A stretch of 63,131 bases of DNA, counting the filler, from Octopus bimaculoides (Eukaryota): assembly GCF_001194135.2 (NCBI RefSeq). It is 5 parts of 5 records of this genome, joined end to end, with 100 filler letters (N's around TTAATTAATTAA, not from the genome) between each part and the next. Parts side by side here need not be neighbours in the genome. Positions count along the whole stretch, not along the records: positions 1 to 29,326 come from NC_068983.1; 4 more parts are not named here. The stretch is one strand, 5' to 3'. The notes under the pieces were generated by a model, which worked only from the letters and a program-made list of their open reading frames with translations, did no database searches and was not told where the DNA came from. Of this stretch, positions 12,966-26,917 are shown one piece after another. The stretch's first letter is position 1. Every line of letters begins with the position of its first letter. Position numbers and translations under genes: made by a program.

Positions 12966-13330
12966 AACAAAAGCACTCAGGGAGCGCAAACCTCCGCCAA
13001 GGCAACACCAACGTCCTCTCTACGATTAGCCAGAGATGATTTTAAAAATGAGAATATCTGAAATAAACTCGACTGCTCTCACAAACGAGAATACTAAGAA
13101 TAAACCCGACTTCTCTCAAAACTTAAGTATACAAACAGGAAAAAAAAAATCCAAAATCCTTGTCCGACACCGGATCGATCCCCAAATCTAATCAGTTTGT
13201 GCCAGTCACAAGGCCAAACATCCCTGGAAATTTCATTCGAATCTATCCAGCAGTTCTTGTGAGATCTTGTCCACGGACAAACAAACACGACTGAAACAAT
13301 ACCCCCGCTTTCGCTAAGGCGGACGTGATA
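12966..13330 (-). mobile_element. Helentron-associated non-autonomous element (HINE/DINE-1-like)
   Basis: Subterminal inverted motifs (acgtccgcc / ggcggaggt), 5' hairpin, gtttgtttgtcc microsatellite-like tract, 3' hairpin gcgctc-cct-gagtgc; inserted in a TAA run. Confidence 0.65.
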
Positions 13331-13541
13331 ATAATAATTCTTTTTACTAAAGGCACAAGGCTTGAAATTTTTGGGGAAGAGTAAGTCGATAATATCGATC
13401 CCCAGTCCTTCACTGGTACTTAATTTATCGACCTCGAAAGGATGAAAAGCAAAGTCGACCTCGGCGGAATGTAACGGATGGATGAAATGCCGCTAAGAAT
13501 TTTGACCGGGGTGCTAACGATTCTGCCAGCTCGCCACCTTA
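13328..13541 (-). mobile_element. SINE B with (ATT)n tail
   Basis: Head at 13541, tail merges with the TAA run. Confidence 0.85.
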
Positions 13542-14289
13542 ATAACACCACCACCACCACCACCACCACCACCACCACCACCAAAAACAACAACAACGAT
13601 GATGATGACGACGATGATAATGTTTTCCGGAGAGAGGAAGAGATAGAGAGAGGGAAAGCGAAGAATAGGGAGAGAAATGAAGAGAGTGAGATTAATGTTT
13701 TTCTGCAGCTGTACGTGCTGTTAATCATAAATCATTGAGCAATAAGAGTAAGAGTGATGCCGTTTATAATGGAGATAACATCTACCTGTGTATAATAAAT
13801 AGTTGATTCCCCTAAGTAGAGAAAGATTGTGTTGAAGGTGTTTGCATTGGGGAGATAAAACGTTTACTGTATTATCTTGTTATTTTATATAAAATATTCA
13901 TTTCCACTTAAGAGTTGAAAGAGGGTTTTTGATGTGTGTCCTGAAAATCGCGATTAGTTTACCATTAACTCTCGTTAGTCGTGATATCCATTAGATTTAA
14001 TATATGGCTTCAACTAGTTGAATATAAAATAAGCTTCAAATACAGTGATAGATGTAGAGCTAGGTGAACGTTTTCTTATATTATGACTAACTTTTGAAAG
14101 TTATTTTAGTATACATGCATGCATACATACATACATCATAGTAAATGCGAAAACTAATTTGTGTGTCAGTGTGTCACACTTAGACCTCCTCTCTCACTAT
14201 TCAATGACACTCCTACTATTCCTCATGATAGGGTGAAATTAATAGCAGGCATAGAGACGGTGAGGGCAGTAGCGAAGACAGAGAGAGAA

Positions 14290-14320
<31 letters not shown>

Positions 14321-14365
14321 AAGAAAAAGAGAGGAAGAGAGAGACAAAGAAATTTAAGGATAGTT

Positions 14366-14800
14366 GATGATATTGTTGTTTGAGACAAAGGGGCAAAGGT
14401 ATGTAGCATCATAGAGGTCAGCCTTGTAGATATAAATATCTCTTTGAAAATCAAAGCAAAAGAGGATATTTATGGACAACTGTTTCGAAACCTCCAGCTT
14501 CTATATCAAGACTATGAATTCATATTCATACGAATAATAATTAGAGCCCTAGGTTTTGTTAGTAAATGCTTAAAGGAGAATCTGGATAAACTGGGATTTT
14601 CAGAAAGAGAAATCGACCGGCTAATTCGTACATTACAAGTGTAATCTGTGAGTGGAACAGTAAAAATATGCAAGACTTTTCTTAAGGTTCAAATGTGAAT
14701 TCGTCTGTGTTAACTACATCCCAAAAATGGAGCCTTGTATCTTTGTTGGAAATCGACTCTCTTCAGTGGAAAATTTATAATAATTAAGAAATAGAAGAGA
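14366..14800 (+). mobile_element. RLE-type LINE C-terminal fragment (divergent family)
   Basis: DIVV*DKGAKVCSIIEVS...KEDIYGQLFRNLQLLY...IIRALG...GTVKICKTFL, a PD-(D/E)xK RLE C-terminus. Confidence 0.7.
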
Positions 14801-15953
14801 CATATATACAATACATACATACAATATNNNNNNNNNNNNNNNNNNNNNNNNNNNNNNNNNNNNNNNNNNNNNNNNNNNNNNNNNNNNNNNNNNNNNNNNN
14901 NNNNNNNNNNNNNNNNNNNNNNNNNNTATATATATATATATATATATATATATGTGCATGCATACATAGATACACGCATATATACATATACATATACATA
15001 CATGTATACACGAAGAATATATTCTTTTCTACTCTAGACACAAGTCCCGACATTTTTGGAGAGGGAGGCCAGTCGATTAAATCGACCCCCGTACGCAACT
15101 GGTACTTAATTTATCGATCCCGAAAGGATGAAAGACAAAGTCGACCTCGGCGGATTTTGAACTCAGAACGTAAAACAGACGAACATGAAAAATATATTGA
15201 ATAAGAAAATGTTTGGAGTATTTTATCATGGAAAGAAGTAAAACATAAAGTTCTCAAGCCATTTTCTTGTGTTTTTTTTTCAATATAAATGTACTCGAAT
15301 GAAATTGTTTAGCCTTTTAAATATAATATACTACAAGATATATATATATAAATAAATAGAACAAAAACGCAATAGAGGATAATAGAACATTCAGACAGAT
15401 ACATGATACAAAGGCGGACAGGAGAAACTACAATTAGAAGGACAGGCAAAAAAAGACGAGTCATTCGTGGCCTTCTTTCTTCAGTCATGTTACTAGAAGT
15501 CCTTACAGTTTCGGGCAGTTATACTCGAGACAGTTCGATCTGGTTGCCCCCCACCCCCCAAAAAAATGTCCAAGCTAAGAGCATTAGATTTTTTTTGTGA
15601 GAAAGCTAGCGAATGTGTACGGCAACAAAGACAAAAAACGGACAACAACAAGAAAAGAACAACAGGTGTATTTAAACTAAGAACGAATCAAATTGATCTG
15701 GTGTGTATGAAGTGAAAACCTAAAGGCAGGAACATAGGAGATGGACATAAGAGGTGTTGGCGGTCGGCAGTGAGGCCAAGAAAGAAAGATCATGGCTGGT
15801 CGGATACCGGTCACGTGGAAGGAGAGAGGGGGAGGGGGCAGCGGGATTGAAGGATTAGAAATAAATCAGAAACAAAGGGAAAGGTACAGGGGAGATAAAC
15901 AAGGGGAAAACGTGGGAGTTAAAGAGAGGCCCAATAATGTGCTAGATAGATAA

Positions 15954-15990
<37 letters not shown>

Positions 15991-16173
15991 AAAAGAAAAG
16001 AGGAAGAAAGTATGAGTGGGACTAGAAGATAAAGTAAGAGTCGTACAAAATTTAGATACATAGCTACTATAAGGTGAGCACAAGTGTGTACGTACGCCGC
16101 TATATGTATATATAAGCATAAAAAACGTAACAAAAATGCAATAGAGGAAAATAAAACATTCGGACAGATAGAC

Positions 16174-16216
<43 letters not shown>

Positions 16217-17052
16217 NNNNNNNNNNNNNNNNNNNNNNNNNNNNNNNNNNNNNNNNNNNNNNNNNNNNNNNNNNNNNNNNNNNNNNNNNNNNNNNNNNNN
16301 NNNNNNNNNNNNNNNNNNNNNNNNNNNNNNNNNNNNNNNNNNNNNNNNNNNNNNNNNNNNNNNNNNNNNNNNNNNNNNNNNNNNNNNNNNNNNNNNNNNN
16401 NNNNNNNNNNNNNNNNNNNNNNNNNNNNNNNNNNNNNNNNNNNNNNNNNNNNNNNNNNNNNNNNNNNNNNNNNNNNNNNNNNNNNNNNNNNNNNNNNNNN
16501 NNNNNNNNNNNNNNNNNNNNNNNNNNNNNNNNNNNNNNNNNNNNNNNNNNNNNNNNNNNNNNNNNNNNNNNNNNNNNNNNNNNNNNNNNNNNNNNNNNNN
16601 NNNNNNNNNNNNNNNNNNNNNNNNNNNNNNNNNNNNNNNNNNNNNNNNNNNNNNNNNNNNNNNNNNNNNNNNNNNNNNNNNNNNNNNNNNNNNNNNNNNN
16701 NNNNNNNNNNNNNNNNNNNNNNNNNNNNNNNNNNNNNNNNNNNNNNNNNNNNNNNNNNNNNNNNNNNNNNNNNNNNNNNNNNNNNNNNNNNNNNNNNNNN
16801 NNNNNNNNNNNNNNNNNNNNNNNNNNNNNNNNNNNNNNNNNNNNNNNNNNNNNNNNNNNNNNNNNNNNNNNNNNNNNNNNNNNNNNNNNNNNNNNNNNNN
16901 NNNNNNNNNNNNNNNNNNNNNNNNNNNNNNNNNNNNNNNNNNNNNNNNNNNNNNNNNNNNNNNNNNNNNNNNNNNNNNNNNNNNNNNNNNNNNNNNNNNN
17001 NNNNATATATATATATATATATATATATGTATATCTAAGTAGATATATGTGT

Positions 17053-17107
<55 letters not shown>

Positions 17108-17238
17108 CACACACACATACACATTCACATATACACACACATATGAATATATACACACATGTGTATGTATGGATGTACGTACGTACGTATGTATGTATGT
17201 ATGTATGTATGTATGTACGTACGTACGTATGTATGTAT

Positions 17239-17272
<34 letters not shown>

Positions 17273-17657
17273 TAAGTATATAAATTGCTGTTATCTCATG
17301 TATTAACAGCAGGGCGTGTTTAGGCATCAGAAATAATGTTTTCACCATATAAGTGTTTCCTACAAGATTTTTAATACCCAGACTTAAAACATGTTAACAT
17401 TAAATTAATGGTTTTCATGTTAGGTGGCGTTTTATTTTCGTAATTAACCTCAGTGATTTATATATTTTAAAAAAATTATCTTCAATTTTCTACATTTATT
17501 TAGTAATTCCCTAATCTCTATTTTGACAAATATACGATGAAGTCTCTACTTTGTTGAAGGAATCGAAGTATAATGTAACTTGCAAGTTTTCTTCATACTA
17601 ATCAAAGCTATTAAAATAATATAAATGATATCAGTTATTGAGATAATTTTGTCTTTT

Positions 17658-18070
17658 AGGCGTGGCTGTGTGGTAAGAAGCTTACTTCCCAACCACATGG
17701 TTCCATGTTCAGTCTCACTGCGTGGCACCATGGGCAAGTGTTTTCTACTATAGCCTCGGGCCGACCAAAGCCTTCTGAGTGGATTTGGTAGACAAAAACT
17801 GAATGAAGCCCGTCGTATATATATATTTACGTATATATATATATTTACGTATATATATATATATATATGTTTGTGTATCTGTGTTTGTCCCTCCACCATC
17901 GCTTGATAAGTGATGCTGGTGTGTTTGCGTTCCCATAACTTAAGCGCTTCGGCAAAAGAGACCAGGCTTACAAAGAATAAATCCTGGGGCCGATTTGTTC
18001 GACTAAAGGTGGTGCTTCGGCATGGCCACAGTCAAACGACTGAAAGAAATAAAAGAAAAAGAAAGAAAAA
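17658..18070 (+). mobile_element. SINE family A, full length
   Basis: Same architecture as 31380-31837. Confidence 0.9.
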
Positions 18071-18672
18071 AGAACCAGGACAATTCATGACCTGCATTTA
18101 GAATTAGAATCTTGATTCTCTCTCTGTCTCTACAGTAAATATCTGAAAACAATATTAATTACTGTGGAGTTTTAGGCAAGGGAACCACTTGTAAGGGATG
18201 TATTACCAGTGATGTTCTATTTATAGTGAGAAAAGTATGCATGGTATCTATAATCTGCAGGTTTTTGTTGTTGTTTAGTCATATTAGTTAACCCTTATTT
18301 AGTAAACTGTCTCAAAGCCAACATTATCCAGTGCGTCTTTCCGGTGTGATCTGAGAAAGATTTGGCTGGTATTCTTAGCTTATCGATCATTGAGCTAGCT
18401 ATCGTTCGTCTTGTTCAGCTCCAGTTACGCCATGATTCAGTAGATCTACATTCAAAGACGTTCCATATCGGATCATGCCGCTTTTTGTCCAGACATAGCA
18501 TATCAAAGATTATATCATCCATAAAGATGTTTTATCTATTTTTAAGTGATTCGGTTTCAGTTAGTTCCTTATGATTCAGCTGTATAAATAAAGCGTAAAA
18601 ATATAAGTAGAGTTTCTTTCAACATATAATCACACATCTCCGTCTCTCTTTTCTCTTTCTCACGTATGCTTG

Positions 18673-18772
<100 letters not shown>

Positions 18773-19421
18773 CGTTTGTCTGTCTGCTGTCTCTCTGTCT
18801 GTGTTCATGGTGGGAGTGTGTATGTGCACTTGAGCGCGCGCGCGCGTGTTTGTATGTGTGTGTTTGTGTGTAGCATTTCTAAAATAAAATGGCCTATATA
18901 TGCACATTATTCAAGATTTAATGTGAAATTGTCTGCATTAAGTCTTTAGTATGTAGTCGTTTATGCATCTCTGTTTAACAAAGCTTTTACTGGACTTCCC
19001 CGAAGAGATGCATGTGATACGATTGCTGAGTGATATTAATCCACGAAATGTTATCCTTTATCTTTTACTTAGTTCAGTCATTAAGCTGCGGCCATGCTGG
19101 GGCACCGCCTTGAAGAATTTTTAGTCGAATGAATCGATGCGCCGTACTTATTTCTTGAAGTCTAATACTTTATACAATCGGTTCTCTTTTGCCGAACCAC
19201 TAAGTTACGGGGACGTAAACACACCAACACCAGTTGTCAAGCGGTGGTGGAAGGACAGACACAGACATAAANNNNNNNNNNNNNNNNNNNNNNNNNNNNN
19301 NNNNNNNNNNNNNNNNNNNNNNNNNNNNNNNNNNNNNNNNNNNNNNNNNNNNNNNNNNNNNNNNNNNNNNNNNNNNNNNNNNNNNNNNNNNNNNNNNNNN
19401 NNNNNNNNNNNNNNNNNNNNN

Positions 19422-19625
19422 GCACACCGGGCGAAATGCTTAGCCGTATTTCGTCTGCCGCTACGTTCTGAGTTCAAATTCCTCCGAGGTCGACTTTGCC
19501 TTTCATCCTTTCGGGGTCGATTAAATAAGTACCAGTTACGCACTGGGATCGATATAATAGACTTAATCCGTGTTTGTCTGTCCTTGTTTGTCCCCTCTGT
19601 GTGTAGCCCCTTGTGGGTAGTAAAG

Positions 19626-19630
<5 letters not shown>
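19422..19630 (+). mobile_element. SINE B (B1 tail)
   Basis: Body and tail intact, head cut by gap. Confidence 0.88.
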
Positions 19631-19673
<43 letters not shown>

Positions 19674-20367
19674 TCAGCAGTTCCTATGTCAGTAATGATT
19701 CCGTAGATAAAGTGAAGGACTAAGATTTATTGTTGATTTATTGTTGAGAAGAAATGTGAAGAGAGATTAAATGATGTTTCATATGATGTTCAACGCAGAA
19801 GCACAAATAAACTTCACACAGTCTCATTTAACTCCTTCCTCACTTATACATACTCTCTACATAAATCTATTATGGTTAATGTATGTACTTTTTCCGCCAC
19901 TCTGGTTTAATGTTGCGTCTGTTAATAATCAAAATGCACCTGCTTCCGGATGAATATCAGCGCGATCTATCGGTCGGTTTATTATAAGCTATTCATTATA
20001 CTGTTTCCACAAGTAAATGCCTCATATTTGGTTATCGTTAAATTACTATCGTGCATTCATTATATAGCAGACAAATAAGACAAATTGTTTAATATGTTAA
20101 AATATCTAACGAGAAGACAGATGAAAACTGAAATGTTATAGTTTTTTCACCCCGAAATTAATTGCAAATTTATCGTCAGAAATGGTTAGGGGGGAATTCT
20201 TTTGTGTTCGAACAAGATCTTCACCTGATAGCATTAGCCCATTTCCCATGTTTAACGAGTTCAGCATGAAATTAGCTGCTGCAAAGCAACAAACATATGC
20301 AGCGTGTAACCAGAAGTAGAACCTGGGGCTATAATGAAGAGACAAAAAGGAGACGATCGAGAGTGTG

Positions 20368-20800
20368 TGAGATTAATTCATATTGATCAGGTATATATTC
20401 TTGACAGCCAGGTGAACTGATTGGTGAACTGCGATATGAAACTAAATCATGTTGATCTGGCACTTTTTCTTGACAGCTAGTAAAACTCATTGGGAGACTG
20501 TTGTCTGAGATTAAATTACATCACTTTGCTACCTACTTCTGGCAGTTTGATGAAACTATTTGTTAGCTGTAATTTCAGGCTGAACTTAATTGATATGGTA
20601 CCTATTTCTGAAAGCTAGATGGTCTGAAACTGAATCACGTTGATGGTATACTTATTCTTGACAGTTTGGTGAACTAACTGGTGGACTGTGTAGTCTGAGG
20701 CAGAACTACATTGATCTGCCACCGATTCATGACAGCTGGGTGAAATGATTAGTGGTTTGTGCTTTAAGGCTGAACTATATCGATCAGGTACCTACGAAGG
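20368..20800. repeat. Degenerate 69-bp tandem array, about 6.5 units
   Basis: ttgatc-type anchors at 20383, 20452, 20521, 20590, 20640, 20711, 20780 (spacings 69, 69, 69, 50, 71, 69). Confidence 0.8.
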
Positions 20801-21412
20801 GATACTGAGAGGAACTTTCTAGGTGCAATCCCATGGTCATGCATGACCGAAGTGGGCCTTTACCTTTCTTTATAAAGAAAAAAAAAAACGCGAGAGGTGT
20901 ATCGATTTTTAATTTATCAAAGTGCAACAATTTGCAAAACAAAATAAATTTCCTCACTTTTATAATATTTCGTAATGAAGTCTTGTAGTAAGGCATTCTA
21001 TATTTCTCTATGCCTTTATCTTAACGCCCTTTTCTAAAGACAAACTTGTTTTTATCTCTTTGTCGCATCGTTTCGTATTTCTTTCGTCTTAGAATTATCA
21101 AGACAAACACAGACACACAAACATATACATACATACATACATATAAATACATATATACGACGGGCTTCTTTCAGTTTCCGTCTACCAAATCCACACATAT
21201 AGCTTTGGTCGGCCCGAGGTTATAGCAGAAGATACTAACCTAAGGTGGCACGCAGTGGGACTGAACCTAATACCCATGTGGTTGCGATGCATACTCCTTA
21301 CCACACAGCCACGCCTGCGCCTTTGCAGAATTTTCTTACTTTATTTATGTTGCTGTACGTAATTCATCGCAAAAGAGATGCCCGTAAATTATCCAGAGTT
21401 GAGTATATATTG

Positions 21413-21690
21413 TTTACTTACTAAAGCCCTTCTGCCCAATGCCACACAGGGCATCGACAACTATTTTTCAGTGTCCTTGACTCTAGGGTGCCTCTTCTGC
21501 TTCTCTCCAGATGGATCCATTATTTTTCACCTCTGCCTCAGTATCCCGCTTACAATTATTTTTAGGTTTCCATTCTTCTCTCTCCTTAGTGGGTTCCAGG
21601 TTAGAGCCTAAGGTGTAGGTTTTCTTTCGGATTTTGCTGCACCGCATCATATGTTTCCACAAGGGAAGGCCTTTTAGGTTTTGTTGGTTT
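21413..21690 (-). mobile_element. RTE-clade LINE 3' end
   Basis: ALTWNP...KPKNNCKRDTEAEVK..GSIWREAEE...VVDALC with an agtaagtaa tail. Confidence 0.7.
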
Positions 21691-22409
21691 ATAATAGTCA
21701 TCAATGCTTTCGTTTTGTTGATTTGCTTTATTCTATGTAGGTGTGTTGCTTCTAGGCAAACTCATTTTTACCTCTGGGAAGAGGCGACCATATATATGGT
21801 ACAAAAATAAAAATACGAAGTTGAGGTAAAAAAAAAAACATTAGAAGTCTTTTTACATTTCGAGCTTGTACTCTTGTACAGAATGAATGATGAGGAAACA
21901 AAAACAATTGGAGAAGAAAAAGAGCAAACGTATCACAAATAGACAGTCACCACACATACTGAAAATATACAATCTCCCACATCACCTCCAATATAACTGT
22001 GTCGTAGAGTTTTTAGACTTACCTTCCTTTACTTACCATCTGAATAATTAGTAAGATTTGTCAAGTTAAAACCATGATCTCTGATAGTTGCAACCTTGTT
22101 GATTTAAGGATAGTAAATGCAAATTATACTCCTACACACTATTGCACATGACAGGAAGCTATCACTTACTGTATGGACGTTTAAAGAACTACATGTGTGC
22201 AGTCTAGTCTAGTTGATGATATTAAATAACCAATTGGTGGCACTCATTGTAGTGACTTTACCAGTCCTGAAGACTATATTATGTCATATAATTTACTCTA
22301 GTTTCTAATGAGTTTTTTCTTTCAGTGACTCATGTAATTCGTGTTACTACACACATACATACATACACGCGCGTGCGTGCGCATACAAACTCACACACAT
22401 ACGTACACA

Positions 22410-22656
22410 GCCCGAGAAAGACGGCTCTGAAATTTCCTGCTGAACAACTTGCACATGTAGCTTGTTTGTAGTGATCAAATGTTTGTGTTGTACACTAAGT
22501 CTCTCTCTTCAAATTGACATTGCCTGTAGAAGTGCAGGATGTTCCACACGTCAGACGTCGAAGTGATCGCGACTCGATCGTGAAATTAAATGTTTTACTC
22601 AAGAACTCTACGCCGCCTTGTTTGGGAATCGAACTCACGATCTCCCGATTGCGATG
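22410..22656 (-). mobile_element. SINE family G
   Basis: B-box gagttcgattccc; body acaggcaatgtcaattt...tgatcactacaaacaa also present at 56168-56470. Confidence 0.65.
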
Positions 22657-23428
22657 TATGTGTGTGTTTACACACACATACATAATAATTATTTCTATTT
22701 TAGGCACAAGGCCTTGAAATTTTTTGGGGGAGTAGGGGTGGGGGCTAGTCGATTACATCGACCCCAGTGCGTAACTGGTACTTATTTCATCGACCCCGAA
22801 AGGATGAAAATTACATTTTCAAAAAGTCCAGTTGCCATACGGAATGAAGAATTTTCTTTTTTCTTTTTTACTTGTTTCAGTCGTTAGGCTGCGGCCGTGC
22901 TAAGGTATTGTCTTGATGAGTTGCATTAGGTGCCGTGTAATGACACTGAATCCGAAATCACGTGGTTACAAAGCGAGTTTCTTGACCACAAAGTCATGAG
23001 TAGAGAATGAGAAAAAGACGGACGAAATGCCGATAAGAAATTTGCCCGGCGTGCTAATTAGTCTGCCAGCTCGCCACCTTACGATGGCAATTAATAATCG
23101 CGAAACGCCAGCTTCTTTACTCTGCAAATGAACAAATTACTGAATAGATATCCATCATTAGTTTTCTCGGGTTCCAGTTATCAGCTGACTTGCTATTCTA
23201 GCTTTGTTACTAGACTAACACAATGAATAAACTTACTGATATAGTTTTACTGCAAAACGAAACTAAGAGCTTAGTTATTTCTTCACTAAACTATGAAGTG
23301 TGATAACAAATTGTCTGATTCATTAGTTACATATTTCACCCATTTAATTCTCATATTTTTTTACTGACAGCGATCATTCTATGAACGTATAGGAATTTCA
23401 AGTGCCGATATTTGAGACGGTCGCTGTA

Positions 23429-23486
<58 letters not shown>

Positions 23487-23959
23487 TACTTGTTTCAGTC
23501 ATTAGACTGCGACCATGCTGGGGCACTGGAACACCGCCTTGAAGAGTTTTTAGTCAAATGACTCGATCCCAGTACTTTTTTTTTTTTTGCAAAGCCTGAT
23601 ACTTAAACTCTATCAGTCTCTTTTACTGAACTGCTAGGTTACAGGGACATAAACATACCAACACCGGCTGTTAAACGGTGGTGGGGGACAAGCACAAGCA
23701 CAGATACACACACAGATACACACACATTCATACACACACATACGACAAGCTCGAAAGAATGAAAGGCAAATTTGACCTCGGAACCATTTGAACTCAGAAC
23801 GTAATGTGCATTGTGTCCGGCTCGCCGCCATAATGGTAACTGTAATTACAGAAACTCCATTTTTATATTCGGTTTGCAAAATTCTTAACGTGAATTCGTG
23901 TGTTGAAACAAATCCAGGATCCTGGGAGGGTCATTACGCCAGTAATAATAACACACGCA

Positions 23960-24014
23960 CTGGTACCACATCTGCTTTACACGCAGGTCGTGAGTTCGAT
24001 CCTTGCCAGAACCT
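23960..24014 (+). pseudogene. Truncated tRNA-Val(TAC) pseudogene
   Basis: tggtaccacatctgctttacacgcaggtcgtgagttcgatcc...gaacc matches the 3' two-thirds of tRNA-Val-TAC (TCTGCTTTACACGCAG anticodon arm, TAC at 23978-23980); 5' acceptor stem absent. Confidence 0.7.
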
Positions 24015-24029
24015 GCATATCCCTCTGCC

Positions 24030-24198
24030 AGCGGTGAGCTGGTAGAATCGTTAGCACGCCGGGCAAAATGCTTAGCGGCACTTCATCTCTCCTTACGTTC
24101 TGAGTTCAAATTCCGCCGAGGTCGACTTAGCCTTTCATCCTTTCGGGGTCGATTAAATAAGTACCAGTTACGCACTGGGGTCGATGTAATCGACTTAA
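24030..24198 (+). mobile_element. SINE B, tail missing
   Basis: Head and body near consensus. Confidence 0.88.
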
Positions 24199-24900
24199 TA
24201 AACTGTGATATTATGCGAGGAAAAGTGTAATATTTAGCAACAGATTCGAATATCGATTTTATAAGAAAGTTGGTAAAGAGTCGTTTACACAGACGATAAA
24301 CTGACGTGTGATGGCTGCCTTAGAAAAGTGTTAGCTAGAAAGAAAAAAAAAAAAGCCCAACCGTACCTCCTGTATTTTTCGACAGTCAACGAATGATTCA
24401 GTCGTTGAAGGAAATTGTATTTCACTCAAATGTTCGGAGGGTCAAAATTTGGTAAAAACTGATTTATAATACAGGCATAAGGCCGCACATTCCGAAGGAA
24501 GGATTAAAAAAACTTCGATACTTAACTGGTGTTATATTTATCGATATCCTGGATTTTAAACTAGTTCGTTAGACTGTATCTAAATACTAACTTTACCAAT
24601 CCAAATAATCAATAAGTAGAATTACTAATGTTTCTTAAAAATGATTCGGAAGGAAACAACCCCTGAAACGTTCAGTGAACCAACAAAATAGTAAAGCTGA
24701 CAGTAGTATTTTATTTAACGCTCAGTGTATCTTTGGTTGATAAGAACGTAAAGAGTTATCTTCAGACGGGGAAACAAGCCCGAATGCTTACATCAGAATG
24801 GGTGGCACTAAAGTAGAGTTGGTGTTATTGAACCGGGTGACAGATTAATCGGCCATTTACAAGTAAGAATGGTCCTTTCAAAGGTTTCTACTTAGTTTCT

Positions 24901-25121
24901 TATTTCTTTATTACCCACAAGGGGCTAAACATAGAGGGGACAAACAAGGGAATTAAGTCGATTACATCGACCCCAATTCGTAACTGGTACTTAATTTATC
25001 GACCTCGAAAGGATGAAAGGCAAAGTCGATCTCGGCGGAATTTGAACTCAGAACGTAACGGCAGACGAAATACCGCTAAGCATTTCGCCCGACGCGTTAA
25101 CGTTTCTGCCAGCTCGCCGCC
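24901..25121 (-). mobile_element. SINE family B (B1 tail), full length with 11-bp TSD
   Basis: tRNA-like head with B-box gagttcaaattcc; body ttcatcctttcgaggtcgataaattaagtaccag; TSD acttagtttct at 24890-24900 and 25122-25132. More than 30 B-family pieces occur in the window. Confidence 0.92.
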
Positions 25122-26318
25122 ACTTAGTTTCTGTCAATCAAATTTCATTTACTTTGGTCGACGCGAAACTATGTTACAGAAGATATTTGCCCAAAGTGTA
25201 GAGGGAACGAACAAAAAGGCCCACGTAGTTGTGAAGCGAACCCGTTACCTACGCAGCCATCTAAGAACATATATTTTCTTCGGCTTTTGTGTAACAATTA
25301 ACCGCACATGGTTTGGAGATTAATTTGCTATTAACTGCTGCTTACAGTATGAACTTTATATGTAGTAATTAGAGATACTGTTAAAAGGAGATTCTTACAA
25401 GATGTTCAAAAGTACATAAGTATCTTTTCTTATGTTTCTCTCTACACATCTCACACTAGCATATCAAATCTATCTATCTATCTATCTTTTTTTAATATAT
25501 AAATTATCCCATGTGTTTGATTATAATCCTTGTCAAAATAGATATGTTAATTTTACTCTACCATCATTCATATAAAAAGGGGGAAAAGTACATATGCTCT
25601 TGAATATAAATCGCATCTGGTGCAATTTAACGCCACAAACAAACAAAATAAATAAGCCAGAAAATAGAAACTATCAGAAAAAAACTATAAAGTCTTTTTG
25701 TACAATATTATTTATTTTTAAACTGTTTTTTCTCTCCATGATGCTGATGTAATTGACTCACCTGAATTTAACAAATCATGCTAATATTTTCCAAAAGGTA
25801 AAGCTTACCTAACTTTCTTAAATATTATTTTTAAAAATTAGACACGACGTTTTCAGATTAAGCGAGGAAGTGAAACGAAATCATGTGAAGAATATCAGAA
25901 TGAAGAGAAGCAGCTAGAATAAGGACTCACTTAGGCTCAGGTCAGCCATAATTTACAGCGTTAAAGACGTGACTATTAAAGCCATGCATAGTTTATCTGG
26001 AACTGATATCATCCTAGATGTATGAGCTGATATAGATTTAAGTACTATTTCTAGCAGGGAGAACAACCGCGTAGCGGCTAATTTTAATATTGGACAGTCA
26101 GGAATTACAACCTATTTGTGGACTGGATTCACCGAAATATAAGCTTTGGCACTATGGTACACATACATACATACATACATACATACATCAGCTTACCTTC
26201 TCATACAGCGTTTGCGGTCGTGCGTGTCTGTCTCAAATCGGACTCGTCAGGCATTAGCAAATCTGCAACAGACGTGAACATAGCCTTTCGTAAATCTTCG
26301 CTCGCTCACGAAGATAAG

Positions 26319-26371
<53 letters not shown>

Positions 26372-26635
26372 GTATATGCATATATATGTAACACACACAT
26401 ACATATATACACACATTCACACGCATACACAAATGCACCCCCACCATAAAAACGGCACATTCCCAAGACGCAAATCAAAATACATCCCGATATACATATC
26501 AGTTTATATAACGGAGAGTGTGCATAATACTGAAAATGGTAATCGTACTATCAGAAATGTGCGAGCGCGCCTCTGTGTATATGATATAATATCTTATCTT
26601 GTACTTGCTTCAGTCATTGGACTGCGGCCATATTA

Positions 26636-26667
<32 letters not shown>

Positions 26668-26684
26668 CATCTATCTATCTATCC

Positions 26685-26726
<42 letters not shown>

Positions 26727-26917
26727 ATAATACACACATACACACGCACGCACATACATACACTCGCGTACACACACCCACACCCACGCACACAAACTCT
26801 CACACATACTCACAGTCATATGTTATTGTAAGGTGTCCGCGTAACCGGGAGCATTACATGGCATTAAGATGGTACTTTATTAATCCGAAAAGATGAAGAG
26901 TGCGATTTCAACTCAGC

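Noticed and set aside
15400-15830. Penelope-like fragment on the minus strand
   Set aside because: A terminal-repeat-like motif is present, but no convincing coding evidence or boundaries.
20225-20328. Possible 104-nt minus-strand exon (PRFYFWLHAAYVCCFAAANF...)
   Set aside because: Plausible splice sites but phase-2 start is incompatible with either donor of the candidate first exon, and no recognisable homology.
20368-20800. CRISPR array or intact LRR exon
   Set aside because: Eukaryotic context, no conserved repeat with unique spacers, no LxxLxLxxN pattern, and stops in older units.
22017-22050. Two GTAAGT donors on the minus strand
   Set aside because: Upstream sequence has stops in the frames inspected; at most an unverifiable microexon.
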